Source: Candidatus Mcinerneyibacterium aminivorans
GTDB lineage: Bacteria; Macinerneyibacteriota; Macinerneyibacteria; Macinerneyibacteriales; Macinerneyibacteriaceae
DNA: 64,000 bases
Assembly: GCA_008086245.1 (NCBI GenBank)
Contig: VSIX01000029.1
Coordinates: forward strand, 11,813-75,812
Reading direction: 5' to 3'
Part shown: one piece after another, positions 47,692-58,800 of the stretch
Position numbering within the stretch: position 1 is the first letter of the stretch
How the letters are laid out: each line of letters starts with the position of its first letter
Position numbers and translations under genes: made by a program
The notes under the pieces: model-generated
What the model was told of the DNA's origin: nothing
The model's database searches: none
The model's input: only the letters and a program-made list of their open reading frames with translations

Positions 47692-48660
47692 ATGTATATA
47701 GGTTTTACAGTTTGTGCTTTGATAATTGTTGTAGCTGGCTGGTATCTAGCATATTATGGGGATATTATAGCAGAAAAAAGCGGTCTGGGCCGGAGTTTTA
47801 TTGGTTTAATAGGAGTTGCTGCTATAACCTCTCTGCCCGAATTAATTACTACCACCTCTGCTGTAGTTCTTAGAGATGCTCCCGAATTAGCTTTTAGCAA
47901 TGTATTTGGCAGTAATATGTTTAATATACTAATCGTGGCAATTCTTGAAATATTTATTATTCGAAAACCGTTTTTGTATCTTGTTTCTAAAAAAAACATA
48001 GCAACTATTGGATTTATATTTTTAGCTACTTTTAGTGTTCTTTTGGGGTTTGAGGGATATAGTTTTGAAATCAGGTGGATAAGTTTTAATTCAATTTTAA
48101 TACTTATAATTTATCTGGCAGCCATGTATACTGGTTTTAAAAATTCAAAAGATGATGAAGAGATAACAGACCTTTATGGTGATAAAAATTTAAAAAAAGC
48201 CATTTATTTATTTATTATTCTCGGAATAATTATAATAATTTCCGGAACTTTTGGAACTATTTTTGCAGATGAAATTGCTGTTGAAACGGGATTGGGAAGA
48301 ACATTTGTAGGCGGGTTGTTCCTGGCAGTTATGACATCTCTACCCGAATTAATAACAGGTCTTTCGGCGATAAAATTAAAGGCCTATAATATGATTGTGG
48401 GAAATCTATTGGGATCAAATATGTTCAATATAGCAATACTGTTTATTTGCGATATTGTATATGCTGATGAATCAATATTCTTGAATTTAAAACAAACCCA
48501 ATTTTTGCCGGTTGTATTTTCCTTAATTTTGCTAAGTTTAATGTTGATTGGAATGATTAGAAATAAAGAATCTTATTTGTTTAAAAAGAAGGTTCATCTT
48601 GAAACTATTTTTATCCTTTTATTTTACATACTGGGAATTTTTTTGATTTACAAATTATAA
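47692..48660 (+). CDS. Sodium/calcium exchanger family (CaCA, YrbG-like) membrane protein
   Basis: Two internal repeats with the GSNMFNI motif. 322 aa, about 10 TM segments. Confidence 0.7.
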   Translation: MYIGFTVCALIIVVAGWYLAYYGDIIAEKSGLGRSFIGLIGVAAITSLPELITTTSAVVLRDAPELAFSNVFGSNMFNILIVAILEIFIIRKPFLYLVSKKNIATIGFIFLATFSVLLGFEGYSFEIRWISFNSILILIIYLAAMYTGFKNSKDDEEITDLYGDKNLKKAIYLFIILGIIIIISGTFGTIFADEIAVETGLGRTFVGGLFLAVMTSLPELITGLSAIKLKAYNMIVGNLLGSNMFNIAILFICDIVYADESIFLNLKQTQFLPVVFSLILLSLMLIGMIRNKESYLFKKKVHLETIFILLFYILGIFLIYKL

Positions 48661-48851
48661 AAATTAACTCATTTTCTTTTTTAACTGTTAATTTAAATCT
48701 GATTCTTTAAAAAATCTTGAACTCATAATATAATATAGTATTATTAATGTAAGCGATTTGTATTTAGTTAAACAGGAGTAATATTAATTATTTAAATTAA
48801 TATGGTGTTTAGATTCAAACCTATTAAAATAATTTATTGAGGGGAATTTAT

Positions 48852-49310
48852 ATGTATATTGATATTTTTCTTGCAATTATCACTATGATTATAGTATTTT
48901 TTTCTATGAAAAAAGGTTTTTTTATGGAAATATTTCATATATTTAGTTTATTAATAGCATTTTGGATCACAAAAAATTATTATTATATAATCTCAAATAG
49001 TTTATTAAAGGGAATATCAAATTCTACTATTAGAGTGCTGTTATCATATACTATAATGTTTGTAGCTGTATTTATCTTTGCATTACTTATATTTTCTAAA
49101 ATTCGGGATTATGTTGGGAGAAGTAAAAATATCAATACAATTGATAAAACAATGGGAGGTTTATTCGGGATATTGAAAAGCTTATTGATATTTGAAATCA
49201 TTCTTCTTTTAATTATTAAATTTGAAATATTAACTGTATCCCAGATTACAAAAAATTCATATATAGGTAAATTTTTAGTAATTGTATCAAACGATTTGAA
49301 TTTGTTTTAA
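48852..49310 (+). CDS. CvpA-family membrane protein
   Basis: About 150 aa, 4 TM segments, CvpA-like architecture. The tracked start is TTG at 48837; ATG 48852 is preferred. Confidence 0.45.
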   Translation: MYIDIFLAIITMIIVFFSMKKGFFMEIFHIFSLLIAFWITKNYYYIISNSLLKGISNSTIRVLLSYTIMFVAVFIFALLIFSKIRDYVGRSKNINTIDKTMGGLFGILKSLLIFEIILLLIIKFEILTVSQITKNSYIGKFLVIVSNDLNLF

Positions 49311-49328
49311 TATAATAGAGGGGTTAAA

Positions 49329-50483
49329 ATGGCCTTATATCATGAAAATGCTTATGTGAAAAAATTTAAAACAAACATTTCCAAAATTATTAAATTTGAA
49401 GATACCTATGGTCTGATTCTTGAAAAAACATATTTTTATCCAGAATCGGGTGGACAGCTAGCTGATAAGGGAAAAATTAATAATATTGATGTAATAAATG
49501 TTATTAAAAGAAATGATGAAATTGTTCATATAGTTAAAAACAAACCTAAATCTGAATCCGTAGAGTGTTACATAAATTGGGATAGAAGGTATGATTTTAT
49601 GCAGCAGCATACAGGACAGCATCTACTATCCGCAGTAATAGATGATAAATATCAGTCTGAAACAGTTTCGTTCCACATGTCGGAGGAGTACTCATTTATT
49701 GATATAGATATTCCAAAATTAGGGGAAAAAACTATAAAAGAAATTGAAAATGAAGTGAATAGTTTAATATGGGAGAATAAAGTTATTAACACATTTTGGA
49801 TCGATCCCGATAAAATTGATAGTTATGATATAAGAAAACAGGGTAAATATGATGAGAAAATTAGAATGGTTGAAATTGAAGATGTTGATCTTTCAATGTG
49901 TGGAGGAACTCATGTTTCAGAAATTTGTGAAATTGGAATGTTAAAAATAACAAATGCTGAAAAAGTAAAGGAAAACACCTTTAGAATTTATTTTAGATGC
50001 GGCAGAAGGGCACTTCAATATTTTCAAAGTATAAACATTATGATTAACAATTTATCATCAATACTTTCTGTAAAAAGAAGTGAAATAGTAAAAATGGCCA
50101 AAAAATTTAAAAAAGATAGAGAAAATTATTATCATGAAATAGAGAATTTAAAGGAGAGATTGATTGATGAAAAATTAAAAAACATTAAAACTAATTCCCG
50201 AAAAATAGTTTATGACACGGTAAATGATATTGATAATAACGCTTTAAATTACTATGCCAATCAAATACTGCAGACAAATACTAAGATAGCAATATTATAT
50301 GATACTGTCCAAAAATTTTTACTAATTCGACAAAAGGGCAATGAATACAACCTAAAAGAAATAGGTAATTCAATTATAAGTCGGTACTCAGCAAAGGGAG
50401 GCGGAAGTGAACTAATATTTCAGATTGTAAATATTGAAATCAGCAACCTGAAAAATGAAATAATAGAAAGATATATTAAATGA
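49329..50483 (+). CDS. AlaX-type alanyl-tRNA editing protein (free-standing AlaRS editing domain homolog)
   Basis: HTGQHLLSAV (HxxxH) and CGGTHV zinc motifs of the AlaRS/ThrRS second additional domain. 384 aa. Confidence 0.7.
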   Translation: MALYHENAYVKKFKTNISKIIKFEDTYGLILEKTYFYPESGGQLADKGKINNIDVINVIKRNDEIVHIVKNKPKSESVECYINWDRRYDFMQQHTGQHLLSAVIDDKYQSETVSFHMSEEYSFIDIDIPKLGEKTIKEIENEVNSLIWENKVINTFWIDPDKIDSYDIRKQGKYDEKIRMVEIEDVDLSMCGGTHVSEICEIGMLKITNAEKVKENTFRIYFRCGRRALQYFQSINIMINNLSSILSVKRSEIVKMAKKFKKDRENYYHEIENLKERLIDEKLKNIKTNSRKIVYDTVNDIDNNALNYYANQILQTNTKIAILYDTVQKFLLIRQKGNEYNLKEIGNSIISRYSAKGGGSELIFQIVNIEISNLKNEIIERYIK

Positions 50484-51490
50484 TATTAAGTATTTTATTT
50501 GCATTAACCTTTATTGTTGGAATATTACTTGTAAAGCTGTTTAGAATGACAGCTTTGAAATTTAATATAGTTGATATTCCTTCAAGTAAAATAAAATTTC
50601 ACAAAAAACCTATTCCTTATCTCGGAGGCCCTGCATTTATTCTCAATAGCTTATTATTTTATTTAATATTTATATTTATTACAAATCCTTACAATATTTC
50701 TTCCTCTAAGGAGCTATTTATATTAGTATTTGGAACCGTTATTTTGTTATTGGGATTAATTGATGATATTGTACAAATTAGACCTCTTACAAAGATAATT
50801 GTTCAATCAATAATAATTTTATTAATGATTTCTCAGGATATTAGATTGCAGATTATTTATTTACCCAAAATTGTAAATATATTACTAACATATCTATGGA
50901 TACTTGGAATAACTAACGCTTTTAATCTTATTGACATAATGGATGGTTTATGTGGTGGTATAGCTTTTATTGCTTCAATATTTCTTTTTTTTACAAGTCA
51001 ATCCGGGCACTTTTTCCTGCTCTTTCTGGCAATTTCTTTGTTTGTTTTTCTAATTTTCAATTTCCCACCAGCAAAAATATTTATGGGAGATGCAGGAAGT
51101 TTGTCACTGGGGTTTTTCCTGGCAAGCTATTCAATATTAGGCAGTTATGGAGCAAATAACAGACTCGCTTTAATTTCACCAATATTAATACTTTGGCTTC
51201 CAATATATGAAACTATACTTGTATCGGTTATGAGAATAAAAAAAGGAAAATCTCCATTCGTTGGAAGCAAAGATCATTTTGCATTTAGGTTGAGAAAGTT
51301 AAAATTTCCTAAACTTGCAATACTCCTGATAAGTTATTTTATAACAATAATTATGGGAGAAACAGCATTCCTGGCTGCTTATATGGATTTAGAAAATGCT
51401 ATTTTGGTATATTTCTTACTGGTATTCTTTTTTATTGTATTCTTTTATCTTCTTTCTCTTATTAAAGTAGAGAACTTTAATGATTATTAA
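50480..51490 (+). CDS. Glycosyltransferase family 4 polyprenyl-phosphate sugar-1-phosphate transferase (WecA/MraY-like)
   Basis: ITNAFNLIDIMDGL and IFMGDAGSLSLGF match MraY/WecA signatures. 336 aa polytopic. Confidence 0.7.
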   Translation: MILSILFALTFIVGILLVKLFRMTALKFNIVDIPSSKIKFHKKPIPYLGGPAFILNSLLFYLIFIFITNPYNISSSKELFILVFGTVILLLGLIDDIVQIRPLTKIIVQSIIILLMISQDIRLQIIYLPKIVNILLTYLWILGITNAFNLIDIMDGLCGGIAFIASIFLFFTSQSGHFFLLFLAISLFVFLIFNFPPAKIFMGDAGSLSLGFFLASYSILGSYGANNRLALISPILILWLPIYETILVSVMRIKKGKSPFVGSKDHFAFRLRKLKFPKLAILLISYFITIIMGETAFLAAYMDLENAILVYFLLVFFFIVFFYLLSLIKVENFNDY

Positions 51491-51567
51491 TTTATTATTA
51501 GCTTTTTACAAGATACCTCTAAAATATTATTTTGTTTAAAAGAATCAAAAAAACAGAAAATTTCAAT

Positions 51568-51596
51568 GGAGGATAACTTGTTTCAAGCTACCCTCC
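51568..51596. terminator. Imperfect stem-loop between convergent genes (GGAGG...CTTG ttt CAAG...CCTCC). Possible bidirectional terminator.
   Basis: Outer GGAGG/CCTCC and inner CTTG/CAAG pairing seen directly. Lies between the WecA-like (+) and PurH-like (-) stops. Confidence 0.3.
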
Positions 51597-51614
51597 ACTA
51601 TTAGATAAAGATAA

Positions 51615-52790
51615 TTAATGCCTGAATAATCTAATACCGGTATGATACATAATCATGTTGTATTTGTCTACAACGTTTGTGACATTTTCATCCCTAATAG
51701 AGCCACCTGGTTGTGAAATATACTTTACATTTAGCTTGTTCGCTCTATCAATACTGTCTCGAAAAGGGAAAAAAGCATCCGAGCAAAGTGTTAAATTATC
51801 AAAATTTTTAAGCCATTTTTGTTTTTCTTTCTGGGTAATAAGTTCTGGTTTTTCTTTTAAATTATCAAGAAGGAATTCCCTCTCAGCACTTGAAAGCTTA
51901 TCCCATAATAGGTATTTATCAACCAGGTTAGTTTTTGCTGCTCTGGATAATCCATCAACATAGTTTAATCTGGCCACCTTCGGATGCTGCTGAAGGAGCC
52001 ATTTTTCAGCTTTTTCACAGGCAAGTCTGGTGCAGTGGACCCTGGACTGCTGACCGGCTCCATTACCTATAATTTGGCCGTTATAAGCTACACATACTGA
52101 ATTTGATTGAGTATATCTAAGAGCAATATTTCCGGTTATTAGTGTTTCTTTAATGTTATTATCAACGGATTTGTTTTTGGATACAATATTGTTTTTTGAA
52201 AATATTTTATTTGTTATTGGTTTTGTATCTCTATCCTGATATAGATTAAATCCGAAAATATCTCTCTTTTCAATTTTTGATGGTTCATAATTAGGGTCTA
52301 TTTGAATAATCAAATAGTTACCATTTTTCTTCTTTTTTAAAATTTCTAAAGCTTTACTTTCATATTCAGGAGCAATAATCAAATCAGAAACCTCTTTTCT
52401 TAAATATTCAGCCAGGGATACATCGACTTTTGAACTAATTGCTGCAGCATCTCCATAGGAGCTCATTCGATCTCCACCACGTGCTCTTATATATGCCTTA
52501 GCTGCTTTGGAATATTTTTTTTCCTTTAAAAATTGGGATTTTAAAAAATTTTCATTCAGTGGCTTGGCTACTGCAGCCCCAGCTGGACTAACGTGTTTAA
52601 AAGAAGCAGCAGAAATTTTTCCTGTAGCTTCATGTAGCTTTTTTACTAATTGCCAGCTATTCAATGCATCCAGCATATTTATATAACCAGGCTTGCCGTT
52701 TAAAATATTTAAATAATTGTCATCAAATTCAATTTTTGCATTTTTCTGATGCGGATTGCAGCCGTATTTTAATTTTATTTCCATAATCAA
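51615..52790 (-). CDS. AICAR formyltransferase-domain protein (PurH formyltransferase domain only, no MGS/IMP cyclohydrolase domain)
   Basis: LKYGCNPHQ (compare PurH LRYGENPHQ). C-terminal YHTGIRLFRH. 391 aa with no N-terminal MGS-like domain. Confidence 0.65.
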   Translation of the reverse strand: MIMEIKLKYGCNPHQKNAKIEFDDNYLNILNGKPGYINMLDALNSWQLVKKLHEATGKISAASFKHVSPAGAAVAKPLNENFLKSQFLKEKKYSKAAKAYIRARGGDRMSSYGDAAAISSKVDVSLAEYLRKEVSDLIIAPEYESKALEILKKKKNGNYLIIQIDPNYEPSKIEKRDIFGFNLYQDRDTKPITNKIFSKNNIVSKNKSVDNNIKETLITGNIALRYTQSNSVCVAYNGQIIGNGAGQQSRVHCTRLACEKAEKWLLQQHPKVARLNYVDGLSRAAKTNLVDKYLLWDKLSSAEREFLLDNLKEKPELITQKEKQKWLKNFDNLTLCSDAFFPFRDSIDRANKLNVKYISQPGGSIRDENVTNVVDKYNMIMYHTGIRLFRH

Positions 52791-52893
52791 CCTCCAGTTT
52801 ATTTTTAAATAATTATAATTGATATATTTATTTAATTCAATAATTCCTTTACTAAATTGTTTTCAACAGGTATTAAAAAAAGATAATTAATAG

Positions 52894-52941
52894 TTGACAG
52901 AGTGAATATTAAGGTTAGTATATTGAACAACTAGTCAATAT
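52894..52941 (+). promoter_or_regulatory. Promoter (TTGACA-16 nt-TAGTAT) overlapped by an inverted repeat (ATATTGA-N8-TCAATAT): candidate TetR operator
   Basis: TTGACA at 52894-52899, TAGTAT at 52916-52921, palindrome at 52920-52941. All immediately upstream of the TetR gene. Confidence 0.5.
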
Positions 52942-52957
52942 TATGAAAGGAGGATTA

Positions 52958-53563
52958 ATGAGCCATAAAAGAAAATGGGAAATAAAGATAAAAAAACAGA
53001 AAATTGCAGATGCTGCAATATCTCTTTTTTTGGAAAAGGGATTGGCCAATGCTACATTGAAAGATATTGCTTCCAAAATCGGATATAGCAAATCCAGTAT
53101 CTCTTCATATTTTGATTCAAAATCAGATATATTTTTGTTTTTAATTGAAAGAGATATTGAATTAATAAAAGATATAATTAAAAAAGCTAAAAAAAGAATC
53201 AGTGAGAATAAAAAAAATATTCTTGAATATTTTCTTGATAATGAACTTTCAAATTTTTTAGATTCTAAGACAATGACAAAATTGTTAAATAAACAATTTA
53301 AAGAAGCTCTAAATATGTTTTCTGATAATGAAAAATTAATTGAAAGGGTATATGATTTAAGAAAAAGTCAAATAAAGCTTTACAATATATTTTTATCAGA
53401 ATATGTACATGATGAGAAAACTAAAGAACTATATTCATACTTTTTGCTTTCAATATTGCACAGTATTAGTCATTATCAAATTCATTCTAAAGATCCGATA
53501 GAAAGAAAAAAACTTTTAGAAAAAACAAAAGAATTTATTTTTAATGGATTAAATAAAAAATAA
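52958..53563 (+). CDS. TetR/AcrR family transcriptional regulator
   Basis: N-terminal HTH (GLANATLKDIASKIGYSKSSISSYF). AGGAGG lies 4 nt upstream of ATG 52958; the tracked start at 52943 is less likely. Confidence 0.8.
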   Translation: MSHKRKWEIKIKKQKIADAAISLFLEKGLANATLKDIASKIGYSKSSISSYFDSKSDIFLFLIERDIELIKDIIKKAKKRISENKKNILEYFLDNELSNFLDSKTMTKLLNKQFKEALNMFSDNEKLIERVYDLRKSQIKLYNIFLSEYVHDEKTKELYSYFLLSILHSISHYQIHSKDPIERKKLLEKTKEFIFNGLNKK

Positions 53564-53581
53564 AGACCACAGGAGGTAATT

Positions 53582-54931
53582 ATGAAGAAAATTGTAACAT
53601 TTTTGCTACTGGCAATTTCTGTACTAACGATTTATGCCGAGAAATGGAATGTTCAAAAATGTGTTAATTATGCTTTAAAGGAAAACATTCAGCTTGAAAA
53701 TAAAAGAAGACAAAAGGATATAGTTAATAAGGAGATAATGGATGCATACGGATCATTTCTTCCAAATATAAGCCTGGAAGGTTCGAAAGTATTGAAGGAG
53801 TCTAAAATTGAAACGGAAATGTCCTCTTTTGAATTAGCACCCATTCCGGATACATCTCTTTTAGGAATTTCCGGGCAAACCACAAGAAGTATTGAACAGG
53901 ATATGATTTCAAATTATCAGTATCAATTTAAAATATCACAGCCTCTTTTTATGGGAGGTGCTATTTTTTATAATTTGAAGAATAAATATATCGAGAAAAA
54001 AATATCCTCTTTTGAGATTGAAAAAGAAAAGATGGATTTAATCTATAATGTTTATTCTATTTATTACAATTTGATTTATACGAAAATGATGCTTGAAATT
54101 ACCCAGGAATCAATTGATATTACAAAAAGACAGGTTGATATGATTAAAAAAAGATATGATAGTGGAGAAGCATCCAATCTGGATTTGTTGCAGGCAAGAG
54201 TTGAGTTAAATAATTTGTATCCTAAACGAATTAAACTAAAAAGTGCATATGAAAATGGATTGAAAAATTTAAAAAATGTTATTGGTTTAAAACAGGACAA
54301 TAGTTTTGAGATAGTTGATGAATTTCCCCAAATTAAATTTGATTTAGAAGAAAAGTATTCAGAATTGATGTCACTTGCACAGAAACATTCTCCAGTTTTA
54401 AATATTCTTCAATCAAAATTAAAACAGCTTAATAATATAGAAACTGTTGCAAAAGGCAATTATCTGCCAAATATTCTTTTAACAGGGGCTTTTGGTCAGC
54501 AAAAGGAAGAATGGGGAGAAGATTGGAAGGATAATTATAATTTAATGCTCACTTTCAGCTGGGATTTATTCAACGGTTTTGCCAGGGAAAGCAATCTCTC
54601 AAAAATATATATTAATGAAGACATTATGAATGATAATTATAGATATACAAAAGATCAAATTAGTACTGCGATCAGAACCCAGTTCGAAAATATCAGAGAA
54701 GCCAAACAGAGGTTGGAAGCTGAAGAAAAAAATTTAGAACTTGCTAAAGAAAATTTAAGTATGGCAAATGAAAGTTATAAAGAAGGATTAATCTCCGTAC
54801 TGGATTTGATGAAGGCAAGATTGTCATATAATAATTCAAGAAGTTCATTGGTTCAGGCTAAATATGATAAAAACCTTGCAATTTTAGAACTAAAAAAGAG
54901 TTTAGGTATATTAGGTAATAAGGAGGAATAG
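53582..54931 (+). CDS. Outer membrane efflux protein (TolC family)
   Basis: Signal peptide. Two internal repeats, 449 aa, TolC-like coiled helices. Confidence 0.75.
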   Translation: MKKIVTFLLLAISVLTIYAEKWNVQKCVNYALKENIQLENKRRQKDIVNKEIMDAYGSFLPNISLEGSKVLKESKIETEMSSFELAPIPDTSLLGISGQTTRSIEQDMISNYQYQFKISQPLFMGGAIFYNLKNKYIEKKISSFEIEKEKMDLIYNVYSIYYNLIYTKMMLEITQESIDITKRQVDMIKKRYDSGEASNLDLLQARVELNNLYPKRIKLKSAYENGLKNLKNVIGLKQDNSFEIVDEFPQIKFDLEEKYSELMSLAQKHSPVLNILQSKLKQLNNIETVAKGNYLPNILLTGAFGQQKEEWGEDWKDNYNLMLTFSWDLFNGFARESNLSKIYINEDIMNDNYRYTKDQISTAIRTQFENIREAKQRLEAEEKNLELAKENLSMANESYKEGLISVLDLMKARLSYNNSRSSLVQAKYDKNLAILELKKSLGILGNKEE

Positions 54932-55789
54932 ATGAAAAAAATAAGTATATTATTTATTACAATATTATTAGTATTTACTATTTCCTGTAGTAAAAAGAAA
55001 AGTAAGGCTAAAACTGATTCAAAACCATTTGTTAGCGTTGAAAAAGTTCAAAAAAGAACTATACTGGAGTTCTTTGAAACCTCGGGAACCTTAAAGGGCT
55101 CTGAAGAGGTAGATGTTTTTTCTAAAGTTTCGGGAAAATTGATTGAATATAAAGTTGAAGAAGGCAGTCATGTAGAAAAAAATCAGGTTATAGCTCTGGT
55201 TGATAGAGATGTAACTGGTGTAGAATATAAACCTGCTAAAATTAAATCTCCTATTAGTGGAATTTTGGTCAAAAATTATATGGATAAGGGAACTATGATA
55301 ACCCCAGGACAGATGCCCGTTTCTAAGGTATCCGATATGACAAATGTTGTTTTAGAAATATCTTTGCCGGAAAAATATTTTTCTCAGCTTAAAAGAAATT
55401 TAAAAGTAGACATTAAAGTTGATTCTTTTCCAAATGAAGAATTTGAAGGTTCTATAAGTAATTTTAGCCCTGTGGTTGAACAGTTTACTCACACAGTAAA
55501 TACAGAAATTCAAATACCGAATTCTAATTTAAAGCTCCGTTCCGGAATGTTTGCGAGGGCGTCTATTTTATTTGATAAAAGAAAAGTTATATCTGTACCC
55601 CAGCAGGCTATAGTTGGTGAAAATCATATATATATTTACGAGGATGGAAAAGTACATATCAAAAAAATTAAAAAAGGGTATTTGTATAAAGAATATGTTG
55701 AAATAAAAGAAGGACTTGAGGAAGGACAGAATATAGTAACAGTAGGCCATAAATTGCTTAAAGATGGATTAGAAGTAAGAGTGAGATAA
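54932..55789 (+). CDS. RND efflux membrane fusion protein (periplasmic adaptor)
   Basis: Lipobox FTISCS. Biotinyl-like/beta-barrel MFP architecture. 285 aa. Confidence 0.75.
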   Translation: MKKISILFITILLVFTISCSKKKSKAKTDSKPFVSVEKVQKRTILEFFETSGTLKGSEEVDVFSKVSGKLIEYKVEEGSHVEKNQVIALVDRDVTGVEYKPAKIKSPISGILVKNYMDKGTMITPGQMPVSKVSDMTNVVLEISLPEKYFSQLKRNLKVDIKVDSFPNEEFEGSISNFSPVVEQFTHTVNTEIQIPNSNLKLRSGMFARASILFDKRKVISVPQQAIVGENHIYIYEDGKVHIKKIKKGYLYKEYVEIKEGLEEGQNIVTVGHKLLKDGLEVRVR

Positions 55790-55800
55790 AGGAGGAAAAA

Positions 55801-58800
55801 ATGAAACTTCCTAATTTTGGAGTTAAGAGACCGATAGCAACATTGATGATATTTGTTGCAATATTATTTTTAGGTATATTATCACTGATGCTTTTAGGTA
55901 TAGATTTATTTCCTGATATATCGAATCCCTATGCAAGTGTAATTACAACTTATCAGGGAGCAAGTGCAGAAGATGTTGAAAAAAAAGTTACAGAAGTAAT
56001 AGAAAAAAATGTATCCACTGTTTCAAATGTTAAGGAGGTTACCTCAGTATCATCTGAAGGTGTTTCGGCCGTCACCGTTGAATTTGAATGGGGGAAAGAT
56101 CTTGATGCGGGAGTAAGTGATTTAAGGGAAGCACTTGATTTTGCTTCAGCAGATTTGCCTGATGATGTAGGTGACCCATCCATCTTTAAGTTCGATATAT
56201 CCCAGATGCCTATTCTATTTTTTGCGATAAGTGCAAAATACAATACGAAACAAATGAGATATATAGTAGATGATCAATTAGTACAACCTCTGAAAAGAGT
56301 TCCTGGTATAGGGTCAGTACAGATGCGGGGAGGACCCATAAGGGAAGTTAGAGTTTATTTTGATAGGGAAAAATTGAATGACATAGGATTAAATGTGTAT
56401 ACTCTGGCCGAAATGATTGATAGTCAAAATCAAAATATACCTGCTGGAAATATTGAGAATGAGAAAAGAGATGTGTTGGTTAGAATACCTGAAGAATATG
56501 AAAGTGTTGAAGAACTCAAGAACCTAATTGTAGCTAATAAAAGAGGTAATATTGTAAGATTAAAAGATGTTGCCACTATTAACGATGATTACTACCAGGA
56601 GGAGAGATATGTAGAAGTTAATGGCAAATCAGGTATGGTGGCAATGGTTCAAAAACAATCCGGAGCAAATACAGTTCAGGTAATTGAACGGGCAAAAGAA
56701 AAAATGAAAGAAATTGAAGCAAATTTGCCTTCTGATTTTGATGTGCAGATAGTTTTTGATAATAGTGAGTTTATCAAAGATTCTATAAATAATCTTACAA
56801 AAACAATATTTACAGGTGGAATATTGGTTATTTTAATAGTCCTATTGTTTCTAAGAAATATTAGAGGCAGTGCAATTATAGTTCTTATAATCCCTTTTTC
56901 CCTAATAATTGCTTTTATATTATTATATGTTAATGGATTTACTATTAATATGATTTCATTATCCGCTTTAGCCGTTTCAATAGGTATGGTGGTTGATAAT
57001 GGAATTGTAGTTTTGGAGAATATTTACAGGCATTTAGAGAAAGGTGAAAAACCCAATGAAGCTGCTATGTGGGGGGCATCTGAAGTAGGAGGAGCTATTC
57101 TTGCATCTAGTATTACTACTGCTGTAATATTTTTACCGATATTCTTTATAAATGATATATCTGCTATGTTATTTAAGCAGTTAGGTTATGCAATGATAAT
57201 AGTTTTAGCCGGTTCATTATTAGCTTCTTTACTGCTTATTCCCATGCTTGCTTCAAAATTTTTGAAAAGAAAAAAAATTAAAAGTAAATTTTTTAATAAA
57301 AGTGAAGCAATTTTTACTAAAATTGAAGATATTTATGGAAAGATAATAAATTGGTCAATTTGGCATCGAAAAACTACTATAATTAGTGCCGTATTGATAT
57401 TTGCAATTTCTATAGGAGTTTTACTAACTTCTGTAGGTACAGAATTTATGCCAACCAGTGATTCAGGACAGGTTCAGATGAGAGTATATACTCCTCAGGG
57501 AACAAGTTTGGAAAAAACAAAAGAGATTGGACTTAGACTTCAGAAAAAAATTGTTGATAAATATAGAGATATTATAGATAAATACTACTTCATAGTTGGA
57601 ACTTCCGAAAGTAATATAGGTGCAGCCTTCGGACAGGATGAAGGTACTAATATTGCTGAATTATCCTATCAGCTTGTAAAAGTTGTAAATAGAGAAAAAA
57701 GTTCACAGGAGGTAACCGAAGAAATAAGACAGATGGTTGAGGATACAAAAGGAGTTGAAAAAATTAGTATATCTTCTGAAGATTTTTTTAGGCAAATGTT
57801 TGGTGGAGGGGGATCTCCTCTTCGAATAGAAGTTTATGGATATGATTTGGATGAAACATTTGAGTTATCCAAACTTGTGGAAAGAAGAGTTTCTGAGATA
57901 AAAGGAGTAAGAAATACTTCAATATCAAGAGATATGGGTAAACCTGAAATACAGCTTGATTTTAATCGCGAAAGGCTATATCAAAGCGGTTTATCTGTAG
58001 GGAGTATAGGAAATCAGGTCAGAGCTCAATTCAGCGGATTAATTGCTTCTAAATACAGGGCTGAAGATGAAGAATATGATATTTTTATGAGATTAAAAGA
58101 TGAATATAAAAAAAACATATCAGATATTAAAGGAATGTATATATTAAATAAAATGGGGAATAAAATACCTCTTGAAAATCTGGCAGATGTTGAGCTTTCC
58201 CAGGGCCCGGTAGAAATTGAAAGAAAGGATCAAAATAGAGTTATATATGTAACAGCAAATACTTATGGCAGATCATTTGGTGAAGTGGCTTCTGAGGTGA
58301 GGGATGTATTAAATAGAATTGAAAAACCTAAAGGAACAGATCTTGTTTTAACGGGTCAAGCTAAAGATCAGGCAAAATCTTTTAGATTGCTTGCTTTAGC
58401 TGTTTTAGCGGGTATCGTATTGGTATATATGGTTATGGCAAGCCAGTTCGAATCTTTAAAAGACCCTTTTATTATCATGTTTTCAATACCTTTTGCATTT
58501 AGTGGGGTGTTTTTTATACTCGCAATAACCGGAGTTGATTTAAGTATAATTGTATTTATTGGAATGATTTTACTTGTAGGAATGGTTGTAAATAATGCTA
58601 TTGTTTTAATTGATTATATTAATCTATTAAGAAAAAGAGATTATAAGCTTGTTGATGCAATTTTAACCGCATGTAAGCAGCGTCTCAGACCTGTATTAAT
58701 GACTGCTTTAACGACAATGTTTGGAATGCTACCTCTTGCTTTAAGTAGTGGAGAAGGTGCAGAAAGCTGGATCCCTTTGGGGATATCTGTTATCGGGGGA

